Shown: positions 17,007-26,044, numbered from the stretch's first letter. The stretch is DNA of 28,488 bases from Acutalibacteraceae bacterium (GCA_045604545.1 JAZUOG010000083.1:1-28488), one strand, 5' to 3'. The notes: generated by a model from the letters alone, not told the origin. A program made the numbers and translations.

Positions 17007-17224
17007 GGGCAGGGATAAGGGCAGGGATATCCGCGACATCTGTCGCGGGTGATATTCGCACTACGTGCGAGTGATATTTGCCCCGCGGGCAAGTGAAATG
17101 TTGCTGTCGCAACGTGAAGGAGTCCGCTTCGCGGACGGATCGCCCTCTCAGTCTCGCTGACGCTCGACAGCTCTCCCATGGGGAGAGCCAAGGCGACCGC
17201 CTGTCGCGAGACCACCACCCAACT
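17007..17224 (+). repeat. Hairpin array: direct repeat gggcagggata x2, then four ~22-nt units (GTGAWAT + variable GC hairpin), then a nested multi-stem domain
   Basis: GTGA at 17049, 17071, 17093 and 17114. The hairpins are cgcac-tac-gtgcg, gcccc-g-cgggc, gttgc-tgtc-gcaac and gtccgc-ttc-gcggac. An outer stem gtctcgc...gcgagac encloses gctctccc-atg-gggagagc (17170-17188). Confidence 0.6.
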
Positions 17225-17300
17225 CTGTCATTGCGAGGGCGCGTAAGCGCCCGTGGCAATCTTCGCAGAAAGATTCTTCGCTTACGCTCAGAATGACAAG
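17225..17300 (+). repeat. Module B copy 2 (the GNRA loop gtaa replaces acaa)
   Basis: Aligns to 412-487. The differences are confined to the loop and a short segment of the 3' arm. Confidence 0.55.
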
Positions 17301-17519
17301 GGGGAGGCGATCAGCCTCTCACAAATTCTGCACCAATATGGGGGCAACCGTTGCCTCCCTTGCCTAAAGGGAGGTGGCACGAGCGTATGCGAGTGACGGA
17401 GGGATTCTTTTTGTGTACCGAAAACCACGCGTTAAACGCGTGGTTCAGTGAAGGCTATGCCGATGAGTAAAAAACACGGCTCTCCCTTTGGGAGAGCTGT
17501 CAAAACCGTAGGTTTTGAC

Positions 17520-17788
17520 TGAGAGGGCTTATACAGAACAGCCTCATTTAGTGGCGGCGTATACAGTAGAAGTGATCGGTCTGCTTAAATTCCCCACTCA
17601 ATGTGTTGATGGTTATCACAAGCCCTCTCCGTCATGGCCTACGCCATGCCACCTCTCCCAGAGGGAGAGGCAAGAAATAACTAAATACGCGGCTGGCAGA
17701 CTGTATTACGCGTTCTACGCGGAGGCTACGGAACAGAGGGCTATGCCCGCAAAAGAAAAACCACCCGTTTTACGGGTGGTTTCTTTTT
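17520..17788 (+). repeat. Module A copy 2, ending in a bidirectional intrinsic terminator
   Basis: ~97% identical to 1-272. Terminator ccacccg-ttttac-cgggtgg followed by tttcttttt (17761-17788). Preceded by the 9-bp hairpin gtcaaaacc-gta-ggttttgac. No convincing sigma-A promoter lies immediately upstream. Confidence 0.6.
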
Positions 17789-17802
17789 GCGTATAGGGGA
17801 GA

Positions 17803-18207
17803 TTAATAGCCGTGGTCGGCGTGACGCCAGGTTTCGCCGGGGTTTCTGACAAGGATCCATTTCCAACCCGTATAGGTGAAATTCGGGTTGAGCGAGCCGT
17901 CGCCGCCCGATTCACCGACAGCAAAGGTGGAGACAAGCACCATGACCTCCTGTGCCTGATGACGCTCGGCAAATTCCGTGTAACCGGAAAGTGCATCATC
18001 GCCGATATAGGCGAGATCAATGAGTGTGCAACCGTCGAATTCCTTGCTGAAATAGTCCATGGTCACCCGAACAGCAGAGGAGATATCCTCTTTGCTGTAT
18101 ACGGCAGAGGGACGCTCAATGACTGTGACATCGCTGACATCTCCGCCGCAGGCGGACAGGCACAGCAGGACGGCTGTTATTAATACATATGCAAGAAAAC
18201 GCTTCAT
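17803..18207 (-). CDS. Small lipoprotein
   Basis: MKRFLAYVLITAVLLCLSACGG with lipobox LSAC. RBS aggagag. Confidence 0.65.
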   Translation of the reverse strand: MKRFLAYVLITAVLLCLSACGGDVSDVTVIERPSAVYSKEDISSAVRVTMDYFSKEFDGCTLIDLAYIGDDALSGYTEFAERHQAQEVMVLVSTFAVGESGGDGSLNPNFTYTGWKWILVRNPGETWRHADHGY

Positions 18208-18229
18208 AACTTCACTCTCCTGAAAATCA

Positions 18230-18622
18230 TTATTCAATGCGCACCGTCACATCGGTTGCCTTGACATACACCACCTTGTCGGTGTCTGTGGGGTTTGTCA
18301 TCAGCAATCCGATTTTGTACCACGCACCGTTTTCGACGGTCAATTCTGTCGGAAGACCGGAGCCGAAATAGACGGGGCCGTGTGTGATGTCTTGGTTACC
18401 CTCAGCCGATCGCAACACCAGCGCGGTTTCCACAGCGCCCTCTCCCTCGGAAAGGGTGATCGTGCGTCTGAGCGGCGATATCTCCTCATCGGAGTAGCAA
18501 TAGGTGGCTTCGGTCGTACCCGCCGGCACAACAATGGCGATCGTGTAGGCGGTGTTTCGACCGCAACCGCATAACGACACACCGCACAGCAGAACGGCGA
18601 ACAGGAATACCATTCGTTTCAT
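18230..18622 (-). CDS. Small lipoprotein
   Basis: MKRMVFLFAVLLCGVSLCGCG lipobox. RBS gaggtga. Confidence 0.65.
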   Translation of the reverse strand: MKRMVFLFAVLLCGVSLCGCGRNTAYTIAIVVPAGTTEATYCYSDEEISPLRRTITLSEGEGAVETALVLRSAEGNQDITHGPVYFGSGLPTELTVENGAWYKIGLLMTNPTDTDKVVYVKATDVTVRIE

Positions 18623-18637
18623 CGATCGATCACCTCG

Positions 18638-19516
18638 TTATCGGATATAGTAGCTGATGGAGGACAGCATGTCTGTGCGAACGTTTTCGGTGTCGAGGAC
18701 GCTGTCAACGGTGAACCAGACATCGCTGTCGGTGTAGGCACCGTGCGGGAAATCATAGCAAAACTGAATGGTGGAGATGGTGGTTTGTCCGTTGTAAACA
18801 CACATGCTGTGGGTGATCTTTTCGGGAGCGCCCAGTGTCTGTATGATCTCATCAAGGGTGGACAATCCGTTCAGTCCGCCGAACAGCGACACATCCGTGC
18901 GCGGTGAGCGATCATCGTCCATGACGGCGTTGTCGCTTCTGTAGTACAGCGTCAGCTGCTGGATCAGGCAGTCTCCCAATGCCGCGGAATGTTCGCCGTC
19001 GGACGGCAGAACATAGGTCATCAGCTCCGCTCCGTTTGCGTGGCGGAAGGTCACGCCGTCACCGCGGCAGGTGCGGCTCATCGGGACGTTGCTGACGGCG
19101 GATCCCGAAATGTTGACGATCGACCAGTCGTCCGCCATCATAAACTCCTCCACCGTGACGGGGAGTGTATAGGCCTTTTCCAGAATGACGGCTTCGTGAT
19201 TCGTCTTGTTGTCGGCGAGCGCTTGCGGTGTTTTCAAGGTATAGACATAGTCTGTCTGGGTGTCGCTCCACACCTTCTCTTCCATCGAATAAAGCGTCAG
19301 ATCGAGGCGTGCGGACATCTCCCGTTCAAAGGATTTATGGTCGGTGATGCGTCCGATGGGGCGGGTGAGAACCGGCTCTTCGGAATTGGTGGTAACGGCC
19401 GTTTGGGTGTCGGTTGCGGGAGACTGTTCATCGCTCGACTGACCGCAGGCGCACAGCCCGAACAGCAACGCGATCACCGTAAGGATCGCGATCAAGGTGT
19501 GTTTCGAAGATGTCAT
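18638..19516 (-). CDS. Lipoprotein (292 aa)
   Basis: Start at MTSSKHTLIAILTVIALLFGLCACGQ with RBS aaggagg. The longer ORF-track N-terminus has no RBS. Confidence 0.65.
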   Translation of the reverse strand: MTSSKHTLIAILTVIALLFGLCACGQSSDEQSPATDTQTAVTTNSEEPVLTRPIGRITDHKSFEREMSARLDLTLYSMEEKVWSDTQTDYVYTLKTPQALADNKTNHEAVILEKAYTLPVTVEEFMMADDWSIVNISGSAVSNVPMSRTCRGDGVTFRHANGAELMTYVLPSDGEHSAALGDCLIQQLTLYYRSDNAVMDDDRSPRTDVSLFGGLNGLSTLDEIIQTLGAPEKITHSMCVYNGQTTISTIQFCYDFPHGAYTDSDVWFTVDSVLDTENVRTDMLSSISYYIR

Positions 19517-19533
19517 GGTAAGAAAACGCCTCC

Positions 19534-19905
19534 TTATGAGTCTTTCCGAAAGCATCGTGTCAGCAGGGAAGATAGCAGTGACAGCACCGTTGTGACGGTT
19601 GCGAAGGACAGCCCGGGTACAGAAAACGGGTGTTCCCCGAAAACGCAGGCGGTCCACAGCCATATTGCCGAAAACCAGATGATGTGCGGCAACAGGGCGT
19701 TTTTGAGCATGACGCGGGTGAGAATGCCGTGAAGGATCGCGCAAAGCGGTAAGCCGAACATCAGGATAAAATCGGTGACGGTAAAGCGCACCATGCTGTC
19801 ATCATCGGAAACAACAACGGTATCGAACTCGGTGGTTGTGACCGACAGCACCAGAAGCATCAGTCCGATGATGCCGATGAGCAACAGATACGGTTTCAGT
19901 TTCAT
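19534..19905 (-). CDS. Small integral membrane protein
   Basis: Start at MKLKPYLLL with RBS aggagg. 3-4 hydrophobic helices. Confidence 0.55.
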   Translation of the reverse strand: MKLKPYLLLIGIIGLMLLVLSVTTTEFDTVVVSDDDSMVRFTVTDFILMFGLPLCAILHGILTRVMLKNALLPHIIWFSAIWLWTACVFGEHPFSVPGLSFATVTTVLSLLSSLLTRCFRKDS

Positions 19906-19918
19906 GGCGGCCTCCTGT

Positions 19919-20473
19919 TTACGGCTCTTCATACAACCGTGACGGGCGGTAGTGAACGCCGGGGTTTCGCAAAGTCAGAGCGGTGATGAACTGTGTTTGT
20001 TCATCGGCTTCTTCGATGATATACAGAGAACAGAGTCCTTCATCGCTTGGCGCTTTGTCAACACCGAGATAATAGATGTCGGAAAAGTGCACACTGAAGC
20101 GAGCTTCACCGCAGTATACATCAACAGAGACCTCATTACGACAGCGTGTGACAAAGTTTTCGGATGAGGAAGTTTCGCTGGAATGGTCATTATCCCAGCG
20201 AAGTTCACCATCGGGAAAATCCGCCAGCAACACGGCAATGTCGTCTTGTAAGGTGGGTACTTCTTGTACGGCAGAGGCGGAAAACAGAGAAAGAAGTGTT
20301 TCGCTGTCGTTGTTTTCGAGAGCCGTGACGATGGTGTTGATGCAGTCGTTTTGTCTGTTATAGCTCTGTGTCATGTAGTCGCCGCGTGTGAAGATTTCTT
20401 CTTCGGCAACCCCGCAAGCGGAAAGGCACAGTAGCGCGCTACACAGCAGTAAGACGGCAAGAAAACGTTTCAT
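19919..20473 (-). CDS. Lipoprotein
   Basis: MKRFLAVLLLCSALLCLSACG. RBS aggagg. Confidence 0.65.
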   Translation of the reverse strand: MKRFLAVLLLCSALLCLSACGVAEEEIFTRGDYMTQSYNRQNDCINTIVTALENNDSETLLSLFSASAVQEVPTLQDDIAVLLADFPDGELRWDNDHSSETSSSENFVTRCRNEVSVDVYCGEARFSVHFSDIYYLGVDKAPSDEGLCSLYIIEEADEQTQFITALTLRNPGVHYRPSRLYEEP

Positions 20474-21033
20474 GATGACCTCCTGTCTGCATGACGTATG
20501 CGGTGTATGAGTGTGTCGGCTTCTTGTTCGGAAGCGACAGCGGCAATGATGATCGAGCGGGGCTTTCGGTAGGTGTTGTGCGCGCCGTCAACGGTATCTG
20601 CCGCGTATCTGACGGCGATAAACAGCGTGCCGTCAATGCGACGCCAAAGAGCGGTTTGGGATAAACGGTCGATCGAGATCTTTTCGATATCCTCATAGCG
20701 AACGGCGATTTCTCTGCGAAATCCATAGCCGTTTTCGGTGATGATCATACGGTCGTCATTCAATTCCGTGCGGATCGACCGTCCGCCTGCGAGCGGTATG
20801 GTGACGAGCCCGAGAAGCAGTGCAAATGCGGTGATGATCAGCGCTGTTGCGCAAAGTCCATGTCCTATCAGTGCCGACCGATCGCCGTCCGTTGTTGAAA
20901 CAAAGGACAGCAACAGCATCCCCGTCAAAGCAATCGCCAATATGATCAGATAGCCGATGACCAGGGTGAATGCGCTGTATTTCCGAAGGTGCTTTCGTTG
21001 TGCGCGATCGCTCGCATCGTACAGGTAGATCAT
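20470..21033 (-). CDS. Membrane protein with two TM helices and a C-terminal soluble domain (bPH-like?)
   Basis: RBS aggaagg. Overlaps the upstream gene's stop by 4 nt. Confidence 0.5.
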   Translation of the reverse strand: MIYLYDASDRAQRKHLRKYSAFTLVIGYLIILAIALTGMLLLSFVSTTDGDRSALIGHGLCATALIITAFALLLGLVTIPLAGGRSIRTELNDDRMIITENGYGFRREIAVRYEDIEKISIDRLSQTALWRRIDGTLFIAVRYAADTVDGAHNTYRKPRSIIIAAVASEQEADTLIHRIRHADRRSS

Positions 21034-21048
21034 GGAATCACCTTCCTA

Positions 21049-21558
21049 TCATTTTTCCCAGTTTTCGACAATGTCGATGCGGCGGCGAACTTCATCAAGC
21101 ATGGCGGGAAACGGCTCCGTTTGCGGCGGTTTCCCCATCACAAGGCACGCGATACAGTCGATGAGATCGATGCCCCACAGAACCAGCGCGCCGTAAAACA
21201 GCCACGAACCGGCATTGACACTCAATTCGACGAAGATGTCCAGCAAGAGCAGGACAACACCGAGCAACAGCACGAGGAGATTGGGGATCCATCGGGTACG
21301 GTCTTTGACCTCGCAGATGCGGATGTAGGTTTGTCCGTCCTGCTCGGTTACCTCTCCGCGAAGAATGAGGGAGACGGAGTCGGTCGATTCCACACGCAGT
21401 CGCCCTTTCGCCGAGCAGGTCACGGTGACCGCGGCGGCGGAAGCATTCTGGGGGTCATACACCGCGTCCAGCTGTCGCAGACGGAGAATGGTATCATTTT
21501 TGGACGCGTTTTTCACGGGAATGCTGTGTTCCTTTAACACGTTTCTGAAAAGCGCCAT
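21049..21558 (-). CDS. Hypothetical membrane protein
   Basis: RBS aaaggag. N-terminal soluble region followed by two TM helices. Confidence 0.5.
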   Translation of the reverse strand: MALFRNVLKEHSIPVKNASKNDTILRLRQLDAVYDPQNASAAAVTVTCSAKGRLRVESTDSVSLILRGEVTEQDGQTYIRICEVKDRTRWIPNLLVLLLGVVLLLLDIFVELSVNAGSWLFYGALVLWGIDLIDCIACLVMGKPPQTEPFPAMLDEVRRRIDIVENWEK

Positions 21559-21575
21559 ACATACCGCTCCTTTGC

Positions 21576-22211
21576 TTATGCTGTGATTGGTGTGGCTTCG
21601 GCACCGAAAAGGGAGAGGGATTCCTCAATAGCTTCGGCGGATTCGGCACGGAACTCGTCGTACAGAAGGAAGTGACAGTTTGCCGTGACGCTGTTGTCAT
21701 CGCCGCGGGTAAACACCACCATGACGGGTGTGGCATTGTCGAAGGTGTAGATGTAGACGGTGTTGTCTGTCATGTCATCGCTGACGAAGGTTTTGCGTGT
21801 CGCACACACGGAGGAGATCGCCATGGCGTTCAGACCGGCTTTGGCGTTGATCCATGACGGAACGGATTCATACGCCCGCGCGATCATATAGGCTTCGTAT
21901 TGCTCGGGAACATCGTTCGGAAGCGTAATGCTCAGTTGTGTGAACAGCATCTCTTTTTGCAATGTCACCTCGTACACCGCTTTAGGGGTGGTGTGATCCT
22001 CGCCGGCGAGTGCGGCGAGCGGCTCTTTATACTCCTCTGTTGCGGAGGAGAAGAATGCTTCGGGATAAAGCGCCGTCTGCTTCATGTAGGGGATGAGATT
22101 CAGACCGCGCTGGTAAAGCGACACGGAGGGCGCAGCACTTTCGCAGGCGGAGAACAGCATGACGCTTGCAAAAACAGCAATGGCTGTGAGTATGGCAATG
22201 AGACGTTTCAT
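21576..22211 (-). CDS. Lipoprotein (212 aa)
   Basis: MKRLIAILTAIAVFASVMLFSAC. RBS aaggag. The start region and upstream junction are duplicated at 22541-22605. Confidence 0.65.
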   Translation of the reverse strand: MKRLIAILTAIAVFASVMLFSACESAAPSVSLYQRGLNLIPYMKQTALYPEAFFSSATEEYKEPLAALAGEDHTTPKAVYEVTLQKEMLFTQLSITLPNDVPEQYEAYMIARAYESVPSWINAKAGLNAMAISSVCATRKTFVSDDMTDNTVYIYTFDNATPVMVVFTRGDDNSVTANCHFLLYDEFRAESAEAIEESLSLFGAEATPITA

Positions 22212-22237
22212 AATCAAGAACTCCTTTTGTGGTGGGT

Positions 22238-22573
22238 TCAGCCGCCGCGGCCGGGGCCGAAGGCGGCGCTGACGGCAACACCGTCTTGGTCGAAATGGAC
22301 GCTCAGTCCGTAAGGATAACCCGAGAAATCGAATTCTTCGTACGACCAGAGGCGACAGCTTGATGCCATGTAGCTGTCCTCGTGGTCAAAATAGGCACAG
22401 TTGGGCTTGCCGAGCCTTCCGAAAATATCGTTTTTGGTGAGTGTGTCGCCATCGTTAATATCCTCGGCGATATCCTCCATTGCGCGGTAGTCGGCGGATT
22501 GCAACAGCGATTCGACACTGCAACCGCTGAGTAACAGCAAGGCGGCCGTGAGTATGGCGATGAGACGTTTCAT
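22238..22573 (-). CDS. Small lipoprotein, tandem paralog 1
   Basis: MKRLIAILTAALLLLSGCS. C-terminal FDFSGYPYGLSVHFDQDG...GPGRGG is shared with 22600-22944. Confidence 0.65.
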   Translation of the reverse strand: MKRLIAILTAALLLLSGCSVESLLQSADYRAMEDIAEDINDGDTLTKNDIFGRLGKPNCAYFDHEDSYMASSCRLWSYEEFDFSGYPYGLSVHFDQDGVAVSAAFGPGRGG

Positions 22574-22599
22574 AATCCAAAACTCCTTTTGTGGTGGGT

Positions 22600-22944
22600 T
22601 CAGCCGCCGGGGGCGGGTTCAAATTCGGCGGCAACGGTCAGCCCGTGTTCATTGAAATGAACAAGCAGGCGGTAGGGAGAGCCCGAAAAATCAAACACTT
22701 CATAGCGCCAGTTCCATGAGGTTGCTTCCATATGGTCACCGCTGCCGTCGGCATAATCGGGTGCACCGATTTTCTGTGTGACCTCAAATTTGGTCAATGA
22801 TGCACCGTTTTCAATCGTTTGAGCAAAAGCCTTCAGTTCGCGGTAACGCGAAGATTGAAGCAGGGAATCACCGTCACAGCCGCCGAGGAACACCGAAAGA
22901 ACGAGTGCTGTCATGCACAAAACGGAAAGGATACGGATCGTCAT
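22600..22944 (-). CDS. Small lipoprotein, tandem paralog 2
   Basis: Start MTIRILSVLCMTALVLSVFLGGC with RBS aggagag. C-terminal FDFSGSPYRLLVHFNEHG...PAPGG. Confidence 0.6.
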   Translation of the reverse strand: MTIRILSVLCMTALVLSVFLGGCDGDSLLQSSRYRELKAFAQTIENGASLTKFEVTQKIGAPDYADGSGDHMEATSWNWRYEVFDFSGSPYRLLVHFNEHGLTVAAEFEPAPGG

Positions 22945-22948
22945 ACTG

Positions 22949-23248
22949 TCACTCTCCTGAGGTTTCTTGTTGGGAATGGCATACGGCAAAGCCGACAATG
23001 CCGAGCACCAGCGCGCCGCCACCGATGAGGGTGAGCGGCAGATAGTGCGCAAGGTACAGCTCCTTCGTCAGAGTGGAGGTGAGGTACTCAGCGGTCGGGC
23101 CGTCCGCACCGCCGATGATGGCAACGGGGGTTTCGGGAATGTTGCTGACCGCGGAGCGGGAGGAGACAAACGGAATAAGAATGCTGGCGGCGATCATCAG
23201 AACACCGACAACCAGAATGATGACAAATAGCGATTTTTTGGAAATCAT
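22949..23248 (-). CDS. Small membrane protein (2 TM)
   Basis: Start MISKKSLFVIILVVGVLMIA with RBS aaaggag. Confidence 0.5.
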   Translation of the reverse strand: MISKKSLFVIILVVGVLMIAASILIPFVSSRSAVSNIPETPVAIIGGADGPTAEYLTSTLTKELYLAHYLPLTLIGGGALVLGIVGFAVCHSQQETSGE

Positions 23249-23264
23249 AGCATTCAGGCTCCTT

Positions 23265-24737
23265 TTAATCGACAAAATTGTTTCGCAGATACGACGAGTA
23301 GAACGGCAGCTCTTTATAAAGCTCGTTGATCATCGTCTCCATCTGTGACTGAGAAAGCTCGACCGAGCGGATGTGCTCACTGCCGTCGGCGGTGATCGCG
23401 ATATCGACAACATAGATGCCGTCGGCGTAACTGTCGTGGAGCATATCGTCAAGCGCACGACAGGCAACGGCTTTCGCCTCACTGCTTGTCAGCTCCGTGT
23501 CATCGCCACCCTGATGGAACAGGACGCGGTTGAGCTCCTCGGCAACGTGCTCGGTGCTGAAGCCAAAGGATTCGTAATAATAATAGGCGTCCTTTACTTC
23601 CAGAATGCGCACACTGTCGACCTCATCGGGCTCGGGATGAAAGTCGCGGATGTGATAGGTGGTGAAGAACATACCACCGATGATTGCGGCGTTGAGAAGT
23701 GCCACAACGATCAGCCACGGGAAGGATCTCACCATCTTTTTGACGCTTCTGGTGGTGATCAGCTCGAACAGCGAATGGGCAACCGCCACGAACGCATACA
23801 GCAGAATGATCGCGCCGATATCGAGCGAGAAGAACAGGTAAGGAGTCTGATAGCAGTAATTCGACACCAGATCATCGTGAATGATGGCGATGGCGGGAAT
23901 CGAGCACAGAAGCGCAAACACAAGGCGCATCAGCACCTGCACGGCGCGCGACACAGACGCACTTCCCGCCACCTCGCTTCTGCGGCGGCGACACAGCCAC
24001 AGTCCGAGTGTCAGCACCAGTACCGTGATGGTGATCGTGCCGATCCACGCAACGACCGATTCATACTGACCGTACAGCAGTCCTTCGGGGTAGTAGTCGA
24101 ATATGTACAGACGATCCATCGGATACACGCGGGCACTGCTGATGGCGGTGTTGAGAAACACCTCGACCATCAGGCGCGGGCCGAACAGGAACATTGCGGT
24201 CAGAGCAAGAGCGGTAATGCTGTTGCCGGTCAGCGTGAGAGCGAGGAAGGTGAGTGCGATCGTCAGCATCGCGCCGCCGAAGGCGCCGCAAACGGGAAGG
24301 ATAAAGTCGAGAACGGTGAAGAAGTCGGGAATGTGGTTGACGACCGAGAGCAGCACCAGAACCGATGAGCCGACAATGATGATCGCCGACCATGCGACAG
24401 AGGCAAGAAGGCAGGAGGTGCTGATGGCGAGCTTGGTCGCAGGCAGACTGTGATAAAAATCGCTGTCGCGGCGGGAGTTCTGGAAAGCGAACACCCACAG
24501 CATGAGCAGGATCGGAATAAACGGGGCGATAAACAGCATGGGGTGAATCTCAACAAACGAGTGGAACAGATAGTGTGGGAAATAGTCATCGTAGTAATAA
24601 CTATTGAAGGTGAAGGTACCCAGCATGGTACGCAGATCGAACAGTGTGATGATCACAAGGCAGATGATGCCCACCGTGCGCAGGCGTCGGAACGCTTCGC
24701 GGAACAACCCGCCGTGGAATGCAAATCCGTTTGTCAT
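23265..24737 (-). CDS. ABC-2 type transporter permease (multi-TM)
   Basis: 490 aa with >=8 hydrophobic helices. ATGA overlap with the upstream ATPase gene (translational coupling). Confidence 0.7.
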   Translation of the reverse strand: MTNGFAFHGGLFREAFRRLRTVGIICLVIITLFDLRTMLGTFTFNSYYYDDYFPHYLFHSFVEIHPMLFIAPFIPILLMLWVFAFQNSRRDSDFYHSLPATKLAISTSCLLASVAWSAIIIVGSSVLVLLSVVNHIPDFFTVLDFILPVCGAFGGAMLTIALTFLALTLTGNSITALALTAMFLFGPRLMVEVFLNTAISSARVYPMDRLYIFDYYPEGLLYGQYESVVAWIGTITITVLVLTLGLWLCRRRRSEVAGSASVSRAVQVLMRLVFALLCSIPAIAIIHDDLVSNYCYQTPYLFFSLDIGAIILLYAFVAVAHSLFELITTRSVKKMVRSFPWLIVVALLNAAIIGGMFFTTYHIRDFHPEPDEVDSVRILEVKDAYYYYESFGFSTEHVAEELNRVLFHQGGDDTELTSSEAKAVACRALDDMLHDSYADGIYVVDIAITADGSEHIRSVELSQSQMETMINELYKELPFYSSYLRNNFVD

Positions 24738-25645
24738 GATGCGTCACCTCCTGCAAGAGAAGCAAAGTCATAGTTGCGCGCCTGCAGCTCATAGGTAAAG
24801 ACCTCTTCAAGCGTCAGCGGCAGAATTTCCAAAAGAAGCGGCGACAGCTCGCGTAGGTGCGCTTCCGTTTCCTCACGGTTGCCGTTCATGATGAGCTGTG
24901 CGACTGCGCCTTGCTGATGATAGTGCATGATGGGCAGTCGGTCGAAGCGGGAACGGTCAAAGCTGTCGGCAAACGCGATCTGCACCTTGAACACGTTGGT
25001 CTTCAGATCGGTGACATCCTGCTCCAGTACGATGCCGCCCTGATGAAGAAGGGCAAGCTGATCGCACATATCCTCAAGCTCACGAAGCGAGTGGGACACA
25101 ACGATCGCCGAGGTGCCGCGGGCGGTGATATCATCGATGATCATGTTTTTCACGATGTGGCGCATGATGGGGTCGAGTCCGTCCATCGTCTCGTCAAACA
25201 GGATCAGCTTCGGTTTGACCGACAGCGCCAGTGCTGTTGAGGTCAGGCGGCGCATACCCTTCGAAAAGGTGGAAATAGAACGTTTGCGGGGGAGACGAAA
25301 CTGTTCAAGCAGGACATTATAGCGTTCCTCGTCAAAGAAACGGTAGCTCGCTTTATACAGCTTTGCCATTCTCTCCACGGTGGCGTTATGTAAAAAATAC
25401 AGATCATCGGGCACAAACACCAGGTTGCTTTTGGCGTGGGGATTTTCATAAAGCGGCTGTCCGTCAAAGGTCAGCTCGCCCTCATCGGGGCGATAAATGC
25501 CGCAGATGGTGCGCAGAAACGTGGATTTACCGGCACCGTTGGAGCCGACAAGACCGTAAATACAGCCGTCGGGCACGGTGCAGGAGACGTCGTTCAATGC
25601 AGTGACATCACCGAAGCGTTTGGTGATATGCTGTGCTTTCAGCAT
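24734..25645 (-). CDS. ABC transporter ATP-binding protein
   Basis: Walker A GSNGAGKST, signature FSKGMRR, Walker B LILFDE. Confidence 0.9.
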   Translation of the reverse strand: MLKAQHITKRFGDVTALNDVSCTVPDGCIYGLVGSNGAGKSTFLRTICGIYRPDEGELTFDGQPLYENPHAKSNLVFVPDDLYFLHNATVERMAKLYKASYRFFDEERYNVLLEQFRLPRKRSISTFSKGMRRLTSTALALSVKPKLILFDETMDGLDPIMRHIVKNMIIDDITARGTSAIVVSHSLRELEDMCDQLALLHQGGIVLEQDVTDLKTNVFKVQIAFADSFDRSRFDRLPIMHYHQQGAVAQLIMNGNREETEAHLRELSPLLLEILPLTLEEVFTYELQARNYDFASLAGGDAS

Positions 25646-26022
25646 GAGGAGTCGCTCCTTTCGGAATAGATTTCGTCAATAAGGCAGAGAAGGTCTTCCT
25701 TCGGGATCCCTGCCAGCTTCATATCCTTCACCATGTCGGCAAAGGCGGTCAGACGGTCGCGGCTTTGGGCTTTGAGCGCCTTTGCGGCTTCTGCCGCAAC
25801 AAAGCACCCCTTGCCGGGGACGGCGCAGAGAACGCCCTTGGAACACAGGTCGTTATACGCCTTCTGGACGGTGTTGGGGTTGATGGCAAGCTGACACGAT
25901 AAGGCGCGCACCGAGGGGAGCTGAGCCCCTGCTGTCAGCACGCCGATCAGGATCAGCTTTTCCACCTGTGTGGTCAGCTGCTCATAAATCGGTACACGCG
26001 ACATCGGGTCAATCGAGAACAT
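25639..26022 (-). CDS. GntR-family transcriptional regulator, YtrA subfamily (short C-terminus)
   Basis: Winged-helix VPIYEQLTTQVEKLILIGVL...LPSVRALSCQLAINPNTVQKAY. RBS aaggaggg. First gene of the ABC operon, as in ytrABC. Confidence 0.85.
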   Translation of the reverse strand: MFSIDPMSRVPIYEQLTTQVEKLILIGVLTAGAQLPSVRALSCQLAINPNTVQKAYNDLCSKGVLCAVPGKGCFVAAEAAKALKAQSRDRLTAFADMVKDMKLAGIPKEDLLCLIDEIYSERSDSSC

Positions 26023-26044
26023 CCGTCATCCCTCCTTCGAAATT

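Noticed and set aside
17150-17300. Possible group II intron domain V or tRNA within modules A/B
   Set aside because: Segments like gaccgtattacgcg...ctacggaac superficially recall domain V, but the AGC triad and GNRA geometry do not fit. B lacks a T-loop/GTTC and a cloverleaf.
23373-24368. 331-aa plus-strand ORF
   Set aside because: Antisense to the ABC permease. His/Arg/Gln-rich low-complexity translation.
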